From Mobula birostris (lineage: Eukaryota): a stretch of DNA of 64,000 nt. The stretch covers positions 135,724,278 to 135,788,277 of the forward strand of contig NC_092373.1 in NCBI RefSeq assembly GCF_030028105.1, in the 5' to 3' direction. Under the pieces are notes generated by a model. It saw nothing but the letters and a program-made list of their open reading frames with translations, did no database searches and was not told the DNA's origin. The translations under genes were made by a program, and so were the position numbers. Position 1 is the first letter of the stretch; the number at the start of each line of letters is the position of its first letter. Of this stretch, positions 38,350-49,800 are shown in pieces.

Positions 38350-38596
38350 TCAGACTCATGTTCCCCTGACCTTGAGCACCCGATGATCAAACGCCATCTG
38401 TTCTATTCACCAAGGGAGTCCTCTTCCATAATCCTGACCACAGTTTACATACCAGCAGAGGCCGACTATAATCAAGCACTTTAGATACTGCATGATGCCT
38501 TCTCCATACAAGAAGTAGTCCATCCTGACACATTTCAAATCATAGTTGGAGATTTCAACCAGGCTTGTTTGAAGAAAACCATGCCCATTTACCATC
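38350..38596 (+). mobile_element. Rex1/Babar LINE endonuclease fragment (5' part, split by the Gypsy element)
   Basis: TTVYIPAEADYNQAL...IIVGDFNQACLKK; continues at 44130. Confidence 0.75.
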
Positions 38597-41500
38597 TGTG
38601 AATGAAAGACCTAGGCCAGGATGGTTGAACCCAAGTGCTGGAGTGCTGGAGTATCTGAGGCCGGAATTGAGACACGAAGCGAGACTGAAATGAGAACAGA
38701 ACACAAAACTAGATGCTAGACAATAATCCAAGTAGAGCGGATGATTAATCACTGAACTTCCATTCAGGTGCTCTGGTGCGGTTGGGTTCGTATCATAACA
38801 GCCCCCACCCCCTTACAAACAAGTTCTGGCAGCTCTGGCTGCTCAGACAGACTGTGATGATAGTCATGGATGAGAGCTGGATCCAAGATGTTCTTTTCAG
38901 GAATCCAGCACCATTCCTCGGGTCCGAATCCTTTCCAGTCCACGAGGAACTGACAACCACCCTGTAAATGCAAATTCCTTCTAATGGTGAAGACCTTTTC
39001 CCCATTGACAAACCCGGGTGGCGACAGGACTGATGGTGATGGGGCTAAAGGACTGGAGATACCAGGTCTTAATTTGGAGATATGGAACGTGGGGTTGATC
39101 TAGAGGATCTTGGGGAGCTGCAAGGTGTAAGATTTACTTTATTTGAAAACCTTGAAGGGTCCAACAAACTTGGGCTCCAGTTTCCTAGACTCCACCTGGA
39201 GAGACAAATTCTGAGTAGACAGCCAGACATGTTGGCCAGACTGCAAAGTTGGTTGCTATCTTCTCTTGCAGATAGGCTTTACTTCAGCCTGCTGGGTAGA
39301 GGCCAACAAAATCTTACTTGTCCTCGTCCATTTCTCCTTGCCGCGTCGGACAAGATCTTTGGCTGCAAGACCCACATCCTCGGCCTCCTGCTGAGGGAAG
39401 AGTGGCAGGGAAGACCCAAGCAGAGACATCTTGTGCACCGAATGCTGTAAAGTGTTGTGGGCAACCTCTGCCCACATCAGTTGGTGGTCACACCACTCGT
39501 CTGGTCTTTCTGAGGCCAGGCATCTTAGGATTTATGCCAAATCTTGGTTCACCTGCTCTGTCTGGCCATTGAAACTGTGGGTGAAACCCAGAGGAACGAT
39601 TCGCTGTTGCCTCAATCAACTTACAGATTCCCTCCAAAATCGTGATATGAATTGGGGACCACAATCTGGACACGCTTGAAAACCATGGATCCCGAAGATC
39701 TGGTGCAGAATAACTTCAGCTGACTCCACCGCAGATGGTAGTCTTGATGCATCTGCAGGCCTTTGAAAACAATCAATACTTACCATGGTAATGGTCTTCT
39801 CCTTGGAAGGAGGAAGACCCATAACAAAGTCCATGGACATGTGCGCCCATGGTCTGACCAAAACAGGCAGGGGGTGAAGGAGGCCTTGAAGTTGGGTATG
39901 GGGCTCCTTGATCTAGTTGCACATCTCGCATGCCTGACCTGTCCGACCTCTCTCACCATTCCATGCCACCAGTATCTTCTCTTGATGACCTCAGGGGTCC
40001 TGGGTGAGCGGTCATTCCTGATGAGTGTCCCCATTGAAGAACCTGAGACTGGACAGAACATGGGATGAATAGCCAACCCAAAGGACTGTTCTTAGGGATC
40101 TCCCCTTGTGCCTGGGCCTTGTGAACAAGAGTGTTGATTCCCCAATGAGCTGGCACTCTCACCTTGGCTTGGGGCAAAATGGTGATAGGCTGCTCCTCTC
40201 ATTCAGGTTCATCGAGCAAATTGGGACAAGGCATCTGGTTTCTGTATTTTCTGGCCCGGTCGATAGGTCAGGATGAAATTAAAGCAGTTAAAGAAAAAAG
40301 ACTACTTAGCCTGCCTGAAATTCAGTCTCTTAGCCTCCTGAAGATAAGCCGGGTCCTTGTGGTCTGTCCAAACAATAAAAGAGTTCTTGGCCTCCATCAG
40401 GCCCGTGATGTCATTTCTCCAAAGTCATCTTGACAGTGAGCAGCTCTCTATTCCTATAGTTCACCTCTGCCGGGGATAGCCATCTGAAAAAAAATGCACA
40501 CGAGTGCAGTTTACTGTCCAAACATGTCCGTTGAGACAACATTGCTCCCCTACCAACATCTGAGTCGTCCACCCCCACACCATGAACTGCTGTTTGAGAT
40601 CTGCAAAAGTAGCCACCACTTCGGTAGTCCAAACAAAAGGACCTGTGGATTTCTTAGTTAGAGCTGTCAGCAGAGCCGCCACTGGGCTGAAGTTTATTAT
40701 GAACTTCTGGTTACGGTTGGCAAATCCCAGGAATCATTGGTTGTGGCCAGTCTCTGATTGCCTGGGTCTTAGTAGGCTCCACCTTGAGATTGCCATTAGA
40801 GATTATAAAACCCAAAAATTAAATGGTGGTCACATGAAATTCAGACTTACCCAGCTTGTGATATAAAGTCCATGATCTAAAAGCTTCTTTAAAATATCCC
40901 CGAAGTGAGCAGTGTGCTCCTCTGTGGGTTTCAAGAAGATTAGGATATCATCCAAACAGAGGAAGGCATACTTACGGACAGCATCCCTGAGCACGTCTTT
41001 CATAATGGCCTGGAAAACCGCTGGAGACTTGGCGAAGCCGAAGGGCATGTCCGGGTACTTGTAAAGCTCCATCAATGTGTTGAATGTAGCTTTCCACTCA
41101 TTGCCCTCTTGTATGCGATCAAATTGTACACGCTCTGCAGGTCTAGCTTCAAGACTACTCTTGCCGCTTGGAGAAACTCAAAGGCGGTATTCATGAGCAG
41201 AAGGCGGTAATGATTTTTGGCCATTGTGCGATTCAATCCTCTGTAATCAATGCTTGGCCGCAGGCTCCCACCCTTTTTCTGTACGAAGAAGAAACCCACA
41301 CTGGCTGGTGTGGTGGAGGGTTGAATGAATCCCTTTGCAAGAGCCTCCTTTATATACTCCTCCATAGCACTTCTCTCTGTGGGACTGAGAGTGCATATAA
41401 TCGACCCCATAGAAGACAAGTACCAGCTGGTAGATGTGTAGCACAATCGTAGAGTCGGTGCAGTGGAACAGTCGAGGCCTTCCCCTTGTTGAAGGTCTCT

Positions 41501-44129
41501 TCCAAATCCTTGTAGACAGAAGGGATTTGCACTGCTTTGGTTGTTGTAATTCACTCTGAACCTTTCTTCGAGGTTTCTCAGGTGGCAGGTGTGATTCGAC
41601 AGACCTCAGGGTCTCGTCCATAGGTTCACTAGAGTCTTTCATTGAAACAGAAACCAAATCAGAGTCCTAATCCTCATCCATATCCTCTGGCAATGGCAAC
41701 GAGGTGCCAAGGGTCTGCGTCTAAGAGTCTTTACTTTAGTTGAGACCTGGTGGCTGGATCCCTTAGGCTTAGCTGCTAGAGTTCCAGACTGCTCGGGCAC
41801 CTCCTTGGTTTGCTCCTGAACTAGAGATCCCCTCTCTCCGGTTCCGGTGCACCCTCAACTCGACAGCATCGGGACTCGCACAGTCCTGTTGGCCGGAGCC
41901 AGCCTGTCTGTCCTTGAGGGCGAAAATGGGTCTCCAAAAGGCTTCCGGTTATCCTGAACTGGTCTGCCCCTCATTGGTTGTTGGTCTCGAGAGAACCTGG
42001 GGGCCGGAACACCAGGTCGAAAACATACCCCCTTGCAATGACTGGACCAAGCAATGACCTTCCCTTCCTTCCAGTTCACAGAATGGTTATGCTGAGACTC
42101 CCAAGGGTACCCGAGATCAGGGTTATGAGAGGCGAATTGGGGATATAGAAACTAGTGTCCACCACGTGATCTTCAATCCTCATCCGCAAAGCCAACATCT
42201 GCCCGGACTCCAACAGACAGCCATCCAGGACAGTTGTGGGCATGGACTGGCTCAACTCCTGCAGCGATATGTTTAGCCAACAGGCAGTCCTCAGGTCCAG
42301 GAGATTAGCGGCTGTCCCAGAGTCCACAAAAGCATTCACCTCTCTTCGGTTCATACTCCAGGAGATTTCTGCCTTCAGTGTGAGACCAGAATCCCTGGGA
42401 TTGGGAGTAATGGCTGTTACCATCACAGTCCTCCCAACACTGGACGGTCTTAGCATTTCTTCCAATGGCTGCAGCTTCGGACATTCAGCCTGCAGCTTCC
42501 CTGCAGTAATAGCAGCCACCACGACTCCAACGCCGGAACCTCTCATCAGCAGAGATGCTTGTGCGGCTGATTTGCATGGGCTTGACAGGATCCTGAGCAG
42601 GAAACGGACTGGTCATTGTCCAAGGTCGGAGAGTGGAACTGTGATGCGTTGAGGCCAGGCTCAGGCTAGGCCTACTCGACAGGATCCTGAGCAGAAGACG
42701 GGCTGGTCGTTGTTCGAGGTCGGGGAGTGGAACAGCGTTGCGTTGAGGCCGGGCTTGGGCTAGGCCTCATCGACAGGATCCTGAGCAGGAGACAGGCTGG
42801 TCATTGTCTGAGGTCGGGGAGAGGAACAGCGATGCATTGAGGCCGGGCTCAGGCTAGGCCTACTCGACAGGATCCTGAGCAGGAGACGGGCTGGTCGTTG
42901 TCCGAGGTCGGGGAGTGGAACAGCGATGTGCTGAGGCCAGGTTTGGGCTAGGCCTCATCGACAGGATCCTGTGCAGGAGACGAGCTGGTCATTGTCCAAG
43001 GTCAGGGAGTGGAACTGCGATGCATTGAGGCCGGACTCAGGCTAGGCCTACTCGACAGGATCCTGAGCAGGAGACGGGCTGGTCGTTGTCCAAGGTCAGG
43101 GATTGGAACTGCGATGCATTGAGGCTGGGCTCGGGCTAGGCCTCCTCAATTTCCTGAAATAGTCCCACCCTCACTCCACCAGCTGATTATCAAGGTGGAT
43201 GGACTGCTTGATTGGAACCTCTAAGTCCTCTTCCAGCTCTCTCAAGGTGAGGGCATCCTTCAGATTGTCTCGTATTCCATGGCAGTATAGAGTGACCAAG
43301 ACATCCCCTTTCCAGCCACTCTCTTGGGCCAAAGTCCAAAACTCGATGGTGTAGTTGGCCACTGACCGTCTGCCCTGGCGCACCCTCATCAGGTTCGGCT
43401 TGCTCCAGCAGGGTGATGGAGCACTTCCCTCATGTCAGCCATGAATTCCTCTGGAATCTCCAGCCTGTGTTCCCAATGAGCAGTGGCCCAGGCCAGAACT
43501 TTCCCGGTCCGGAGAGAGATAATGAAGGCCACCCTCCCATGCTTTGATTGCATCCAGGATGGCTGGAGTTGGAACACCAATGAGCATTGAATGAGGAAGC
43601 CGCAGCAAGAACCCAGGTCACCATCGAATCTCTCCAGGGTTGGAAGATATACTGGCTCCACAGAGCAACCAACAGCCTCACCCTGAGTGACTCTGGCTTT
43701 CCCCCTTGCGAAAGTTGGCACACGGCGACCTGGAGGTCGTGTATCTCCGGGCCCTGTCTCGAAATCCTCTCACCATCTCTGGCCACAGCGGACAGGAGAC
43801 TCTGATGCCAGCAGAGTCCATGTCTGGCTCATTCATACTGTGACGAGAGACCAAGGTGAGGATGGTCGGACCCAAGTCCTGAATCCAGACATGATGCGAT
43901 ACTGAAATGAGTACAGAATACTAAACCAGACACTCAAGTAGAGCTGATGATTGAGCACCGAACCCCGGTTTAGGTGCTCCTTAAGTATTCAAATCCTGGC
44001 ACCAAAGCATGGCTGCCAATTAGCAAGACGGTCCTGAATCCTTGAAGGGACTGTGCTAACTATCCATATTCCAGAAAGTTAGAGCGTCTAAACCCCGGAA
44101 GCTGGTGCGGTTGGTTGGATATTGTAACA
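38597..44129 (-). mobile_element. Full-length degraded chromovirus (Sushi/Tf2-like Ty3/Gypsy): gag, protease, RT, RNase H, integrase, chromodomain
   Basis: Gag ERFDG...GFLIQCSLVF...LAWATAHWE (43389..43721); protease FVDSGTAANL; RT MPFGFAKSPAVFQ...CLDDILIF; chromodomain FLVDWKGFGPEEWCWIPEKNILDP. LTRs at 38597-38800 and 43839-44129 (TG..CA); polypurine tract at 38801-38815. Confidence 0.92.
42584..43147. repeat. Six 94-bp tandem units with 188-bp dimeric higher-order structure, inside gag
   Basis: GACAGGATCCTG at 42584, 42678, 42772, 42866, 42960 and 43054; odd and even units carry alternating diagnostic variants. Confidence 0.95.
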
Positions 44130-46410
44130 TCTTCAGCATATAATCTGCAACAATAAGAACTACCTCCCCGACCATGCCCAGACTGCATTTCAGTAAATCT
44201 GATCACTTGTCTGATCTTCTCCTACCTGCATACAGGCAGAGGCTGAAGAGCAAAGCGCCAGAGATTTGGACAACAAGTAGGAGGCTGTGCGATACAGAGG
44301 AGCACCTATGGGATTGCTTTGAGTCTGTGGACTGGGCCATGTTCAAGGACTCATCTGTGGATCTGAATGAATACGCCATGGTTGTAACAGACTTTATTAA
44401 AAGAGTTGTAGACAAGCACGTACCACAAAGTCAGTCAGAGTCTTCCCCAGTCAAAAGCCCTGGAAGAACTACGAGATCTGCAGTCTGCTGAGGGCCAGAT
44501 CAGAAGCATTCAAGTCTGGTGACCGAGAAAGTTACGAGAGGTCCAGCACGATCTCTGGAAATCCATCCCTCGGGTAAAGTGGTAATTCCAGACTAAACTT
44601 GAATCAGTGATGGATGCTTGACATTTGTAGCAGGGCTTGAATACTATCACCTCTTATAAAATTAAATCAAGCAACATATGTGACAGCAGGGGTTTGTTTC
44701 CTGATGAGCTCAATGCCTTCTATGCGCACTTTGATTGTCAAAACATGGAGGAGCCATTACAAACTCCCACTGGCCTTGATGATCCCTGATTCCAGTCTCT
44801 GAAGCCATCTTGTGAGCAGCCTTCAGGAGGGTGAAGCCATGAAGAGCATCCAGCACAGATGGGATACCTGACCAAATACTAAAGACCTATGCTGATCAAC
44901 TGGCTGGAGAGTCCACTGAAATCCTTAACCTCTTGCTTTGACAGTCTGAGGCACCCACCTGCTTCAAGCAGGCTTCAATTATACCAGTGCCCAAGAAGAG
45001 CGTAGTGTCGTTCAATAGCACTGACATCCACAGTGATGAAGTGCTTAAGAGGCTGATGATGAAACATATCAACTCCTGCCTGAGAAGTGACTTAGATCTG
45101 CTCCAATTTGCCTACTGTAGAAACAGGTCCAAGGCAGACGCCATCTCGCTACCTCCTCACTCAACCCTGGAACATCTGGACGGAAAAGATGCATACATCA
45201 GGATGCTGTTTATCGACTACAGCTCACCATTCAATGCCATCATCACTTCAAAACTAACCAATAAGCTCCTAGACCTTGGCCTCAATACTTCCTTCAGTGA
45301 CTGGATCCTCGATTTCTTCACTTGCAGACCCCAGTCAGTTCAGATTGTCAACAACATCTCCTCCACGATCTCCATCAGCACAGGTGCACCACGGCCTGTG
45401 TGCTTAGCCCCCCCTCAACTCATTGTACACTTATGACTGTGTGGCTAAGCACAGATCCAATGCCATATTGTTTGCTGACGACACCAGTGTCGTAGGCTGA
45501 ATCAAAAGTGGTGATGAATCAGCATACAGGAGGGAAATTGAAAATCTGGCTGAGCAGTGCCACAACAACAACCTCTCACTCAATGTCAGCAAGACCGGGG
45601 GCTGATTATTGACTTCAGGAGAAGGAAAACAGAGGGCCATGAGCCAGTCCTCACTGGAGGATCAGCAACTTTAAAGTCCTTGGTGTTATTATTTCAGATG
45701 GCCTGTCCTGGACTCTGCATATATGTGAATTACAAAGAAAGCACAGCAGCACTTCTATTTCCTTAGGAGTTTGTGGAGATTTGGCATGACATCTAAAACT
45801 TTGACAAACTTATATAGATGTGCAGTGGAGAGAACATTGGCTGCACCAGAGCCTGTTATAGAAACAGCAATGCCCTTGAACAGAAAATCCTGGATATGTT
45901 CCAGTCCATCACAGGTAAAGCCCTCCCCACCATTGAGCACATCTACATGGAATATTGCCACAGGAAAGCAGCACCCGTCATCAGGAACCCCACCACCGGG
46001 ACATACTCTTTTCTCACTGTTGCTGTCAGGAAGAAGGTACAGGAGCCTTAGGGCTCACTCCACCAGGTTCAGGAACAGTTACTACCTCTCAACAATCAAC
46101 TTCTTGGACCAACTCACTCAACTTCACCTGTCCCATCATTGAAATGTTCCACAACCTCTCAAAGACTTTTCATCTCATCTTCTCAATATTTATTGCCTAT
46201 TTATTTATTTATTATTATTTCTTTCTTTTTGTATTTGCGTAGTTTGTTGTCTTTTGCACACTGCTCGAACATTCAAGTCGGTGTGGTCTTTCATTGATTC
46301 TATTAGAATTACTATTCTATAGAATTATTGAGTATGCCCACAAGAAAATGAATCTCAGGGTTGTATATGGTGACATATATGTACTTTGATAATAAATTCA
46401 GTTTGAACTT
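44130..46410 (+). mobile_element. Rex1/Babar LINE (EN end, RT, 3' UTR)
   Basis: LQFAYCRNRSKADAI...YIRMLFIDYSSPFNAI (44987..45436); FADD-like motif at ~45470; tail AAGAAAATGAATCTCAGGGTTG...GATAATAAATT. Confidence 0.88.
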
Positions 46411-46519
46411 CGGACTTTCATATTTCATCCCACCAGTGGGACTCTATTGCTCCCTGCACTGCATAGAACCACACCAGCATTTTCCTACTCAGGAAAAAAA
46501 ACTCTTTGTAAGATATAGA

Positions 46520-46650
46520 ATTGTGGTTAAGTAAGTGTCTGAATTAATTTCAGATGCACCCTTTTGTCTTTTAAAATCTCCCTATTCAAAAGCAAGAGAG
46601 CTCGCATCTGGTTTCTGTACTGAAACTACTTCTTAAAATAGAACTGAAAA
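46520..46650 (+). promoter_or_regulatory. Candidate JCHAIN proximal promoter motifs: RUNX TGTGGTT, E-boxes CAGATG (46551) and CATCTG (46605), MEF2-like CTTAAAATAG (46632-46641), ISRE-like GAACTGAAA (46641-46649)
   Basis: Short motif matches clustered in the only unique sequence upstream of the ATG; not statistically tested. Confidence 0.3.
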
Positions 46651-46787
46651 TGATCTGGAGCTCTTTGAAGAAACAAATCACAAAACAGGCAAAATGGGTT
46701 GGTCTTTCATTTTGCTGAAGCTCACAAATCAGTCTAGGTGAGCACCGAGGGCACAAGAGGAGGATCGAGGAAGCTGACACTCCAGCT

Positions 46788-46851
46788 ATGAAGATCAAGC
46801 AAATGCTGAGACCTTTTGCAGCAATTCTCCTTTTCACTGTTCTTGTAACAG
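46788..46851 (+). CDS. JCHAIN: JCHAIN exon 1 (signal peptide, 64 nt coding)
   Basis: MKIKQMLRPFAAILLFTVLVT + G|GTGTGA donor, phase 1. Confidence 0.85.
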
Positions 46852-49800
46852 GTGTGATGTTTAATTATTACACTTTTCATTATGCAATGTGTCACGTAAA
46901 CATTTCCTCTTTTGTCTATCAATAGAGACTTGGGAAATGTAAAAACATAGAAAGCTGCTGAAGAATGAGAATTTTCTTCCTGATAATGAGAGATATGACT
47001 GATTGTACGTGGAGACATTGATAGAGTAGATGTTGATTAAGTTTGGTATGGATAGATTTGTAGGCAGTGATATTGTATTTATATGGTCATTCAATCTCTT
47101 TGCACATGGATAGGATTGCCTCAACATTTGGTGGTCCCATTGATTTAGCGATACTGTGTGTCATACCGTGTATTCCCCTTGGTCACGATGTGATCATCTT
47201 AGTCAAATTTTCATTGTTTTTCATTTGTTACTTATATTGTTCTGACCATACTTGAGTCTCTGTTACAGAATGTTTAATTTTTAATCACTATAAGTTAGTT
47301 AAAGATTAGCACTTGTAGCAGTCTGTCACATGTATGTCTATTGAGTGAGAGTGTCACCTCTTCACCAGAGACTCCTCAGTGGGTTCTTTATCTCCATTTG
47401 GTTATGTATACTGAGTGTCAGAACATGTTCTAAAACAAGCCAAATGATTTATCATAATTCCATATCCGAGCTACTACTGGGTCATAAACCAAGTGATTAA
47501 GGATTAATTATAACTCATAGTTTTATTGAAGTTTTATTTTTTTAAGTATCAAAGTTAATGGAAAGTTGAGAGTTGGAACATTGCGAGACCATTGTGAAAT
47601 ATAAAACTATGAGAGTACTCCAGGAGCAACAAAAAAGGATTAGACTTTAACAGTTCTTTTAGATTGTAAAAGATTAAATGATGTTACTATGGGTCCCTAT
47701 CAGACTGAAAATGGAAAAATTGTGTTGGATAACAAAGTAAACCCAGATAGAATAAACAAATATTTTGTGTCTGTAGTCACAGAATAATTCTCAGAAAACT
47801 ACGTGGAAATATAGAGTAATTGAGAATGAGTAAGGAGAAAAAGAACTTAACAAACTATCTTTTGTGGTGTATTTGCTATTTCAGAATTTAATCAATAAAG
47901 TATTGTAAAATAAAAAGATAATTAAATCCCACAGCATTGAAGGTAGTATTCTGGTTAATAGATAGAGAATTCATAAATAGGTTATTTTCGGGTAAAGTGA
48001 CAATGCAAGGTTCAGCGCTCGGGCAGCAGCTGTTGATAATCTACCACATTATGGCTGTAATGTAACATATTTAAATTTGCACTATATTGCTAAGAGGCAA
48101 TATTGGTTGTGAGAAGGGTGCAGAGAGACATCAGGGAGTTAGAGACAGATTACAAAAATAGACGAAGCATAATTGTGGCAGAATGTGATTTCATCCACTT
48201 AGATAGAAAAAAATATAGAAAGCCGGTGTTATCTTCAAAAAGTTGAAGATTGAATGGTTTTGCTGCTTTGAGGAACTTGGGTGCCTTCTTACATGAATTA
48301 CTAAAAATTCAGGAACAGCTTCTTCCCCTCTGCCATTTGATTTCTCAATGGACATTGAACCCATGAACACCACCTCACCTTTTATTATTTCTGTTTTTGC
48401 ACTACTGTTTTAATTTAACTATTTAATATACACTGAATAAGTATATATATATTTACTGTAATTTATTTTTCTATATTTTCATGTATTGCATTATACTGCT
48501 GCCACTAAGTTAACAAATTTCACAACATGTGCCAGTGATATTAAACCTGATTCTGATTCTGAAAAGTTAATGTGCAGGTAAAACAAGCATTGAGGTATGT
48601 TGGCTTTTATTGCAAAAAGACAGAAGCACAGGACCTAAAGATCTTTTAATGCAACTATGTAGACTTATTGAGACTGAACCTACAATATCTTGTACATATC
48701 CCCTTACGTAAGGCAGTATACATTTGCCATTCAGAAAATGCAACAAGATTCACCAGACTGATGCCAGTTTGAAGGGTTTGTTACACAAAGGGAGATTTTG
48801 GAGACTGAGGCTCTATTAAGATAGACTTATTAGAGGGCTCTATTGCATTGGACCTATTAGAGAGTGTGATGATTTTCCATATCTCATTGAGCTATGTGAA
48901 ATCCTTATGAGCTTGACAGGGTGGAATTAGGGATTATGTATCCTTTGACTAGAGTATCTATAACCAAGAGTTACATTCAAAAAAAGTTTGGCCATTCAGG
49001 AGAGATAAGAAAGGAACTCTTCACCCATGTTTGGAATTATCCATCTAAGGAATCTGTAGAAGTTTAGTCACAGAATATGTTCGAGACAGAGATCACTAGA
49101 TATCAAGGGAATCAAGAGAGATGGGGAAGGGAGGTTGAGGTGAAACTTCAGCTATGATCTTAATGCCTGGCAAGGGCACAAATGAACAAAAGGCCTACTT
49201 TTGCTTCAATTTCTTATGTTCTAATGTATTACAAGTTTGAGGACAAGAGTAAAGATAAAACAATTTCTATTTAAGATAATATGCTAAATGACTGTGGTCA
49301 TGGATTATATAATCCACAAGCCTTTCACCACATGTGACAATGACTTAAGTGAAACCTTTATTTTCAGAATAAACGTAGTTATATGATTTTGCAGAATAAT
49401 GCCCGCTGTGTGATAGGATATTATCTTGGGACAGCTTAGACGACAACAGCTCTTGATATGAAAGCTTGTTTCTAATTAGGCATTGCTGATGAGGTTTGGA
49501 CATTCAGGGATTGTGCTCACAGTCACTTAAAACTCAGATCGCTTGCTTTTCCTTTCCAATCCTCTTCTTGAGCCTGACCTCCAATTCCACACCAGTATCC
49601 TTTCATCAAAGGACATTTGTGCTTTATACTCCTCTCTTACAGCGATAGATTTAAAGCAGATAGAAAGCAGAGCTATCTTATCTTCACTTTCTGATACTAT
49701 AGATTTGCCTGTGCTAGGAAGCCAATTAACAGATATTTCGGTGAACACCCAGACTTGCTATACAGAAGGCACTACTTGCTCGTTTATAATAATATTGCTA

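Noticed and set aside
42584-43147. Regular repeats resembling a CRISPR array (also 14030-14470 and 1-250)
   Set aside because: The units are contiguous tandem copies with no unique spacers, there are no cas genes, and the context is a eukaryotic retroelement.
43389-43721. PEG10/RTL1-like gag ORF as a domesticated gene
   Set aside because: It is frameshifted, interrupted by the tandem array and embedded in a complete LTR element; it is a dead retrotransposon.
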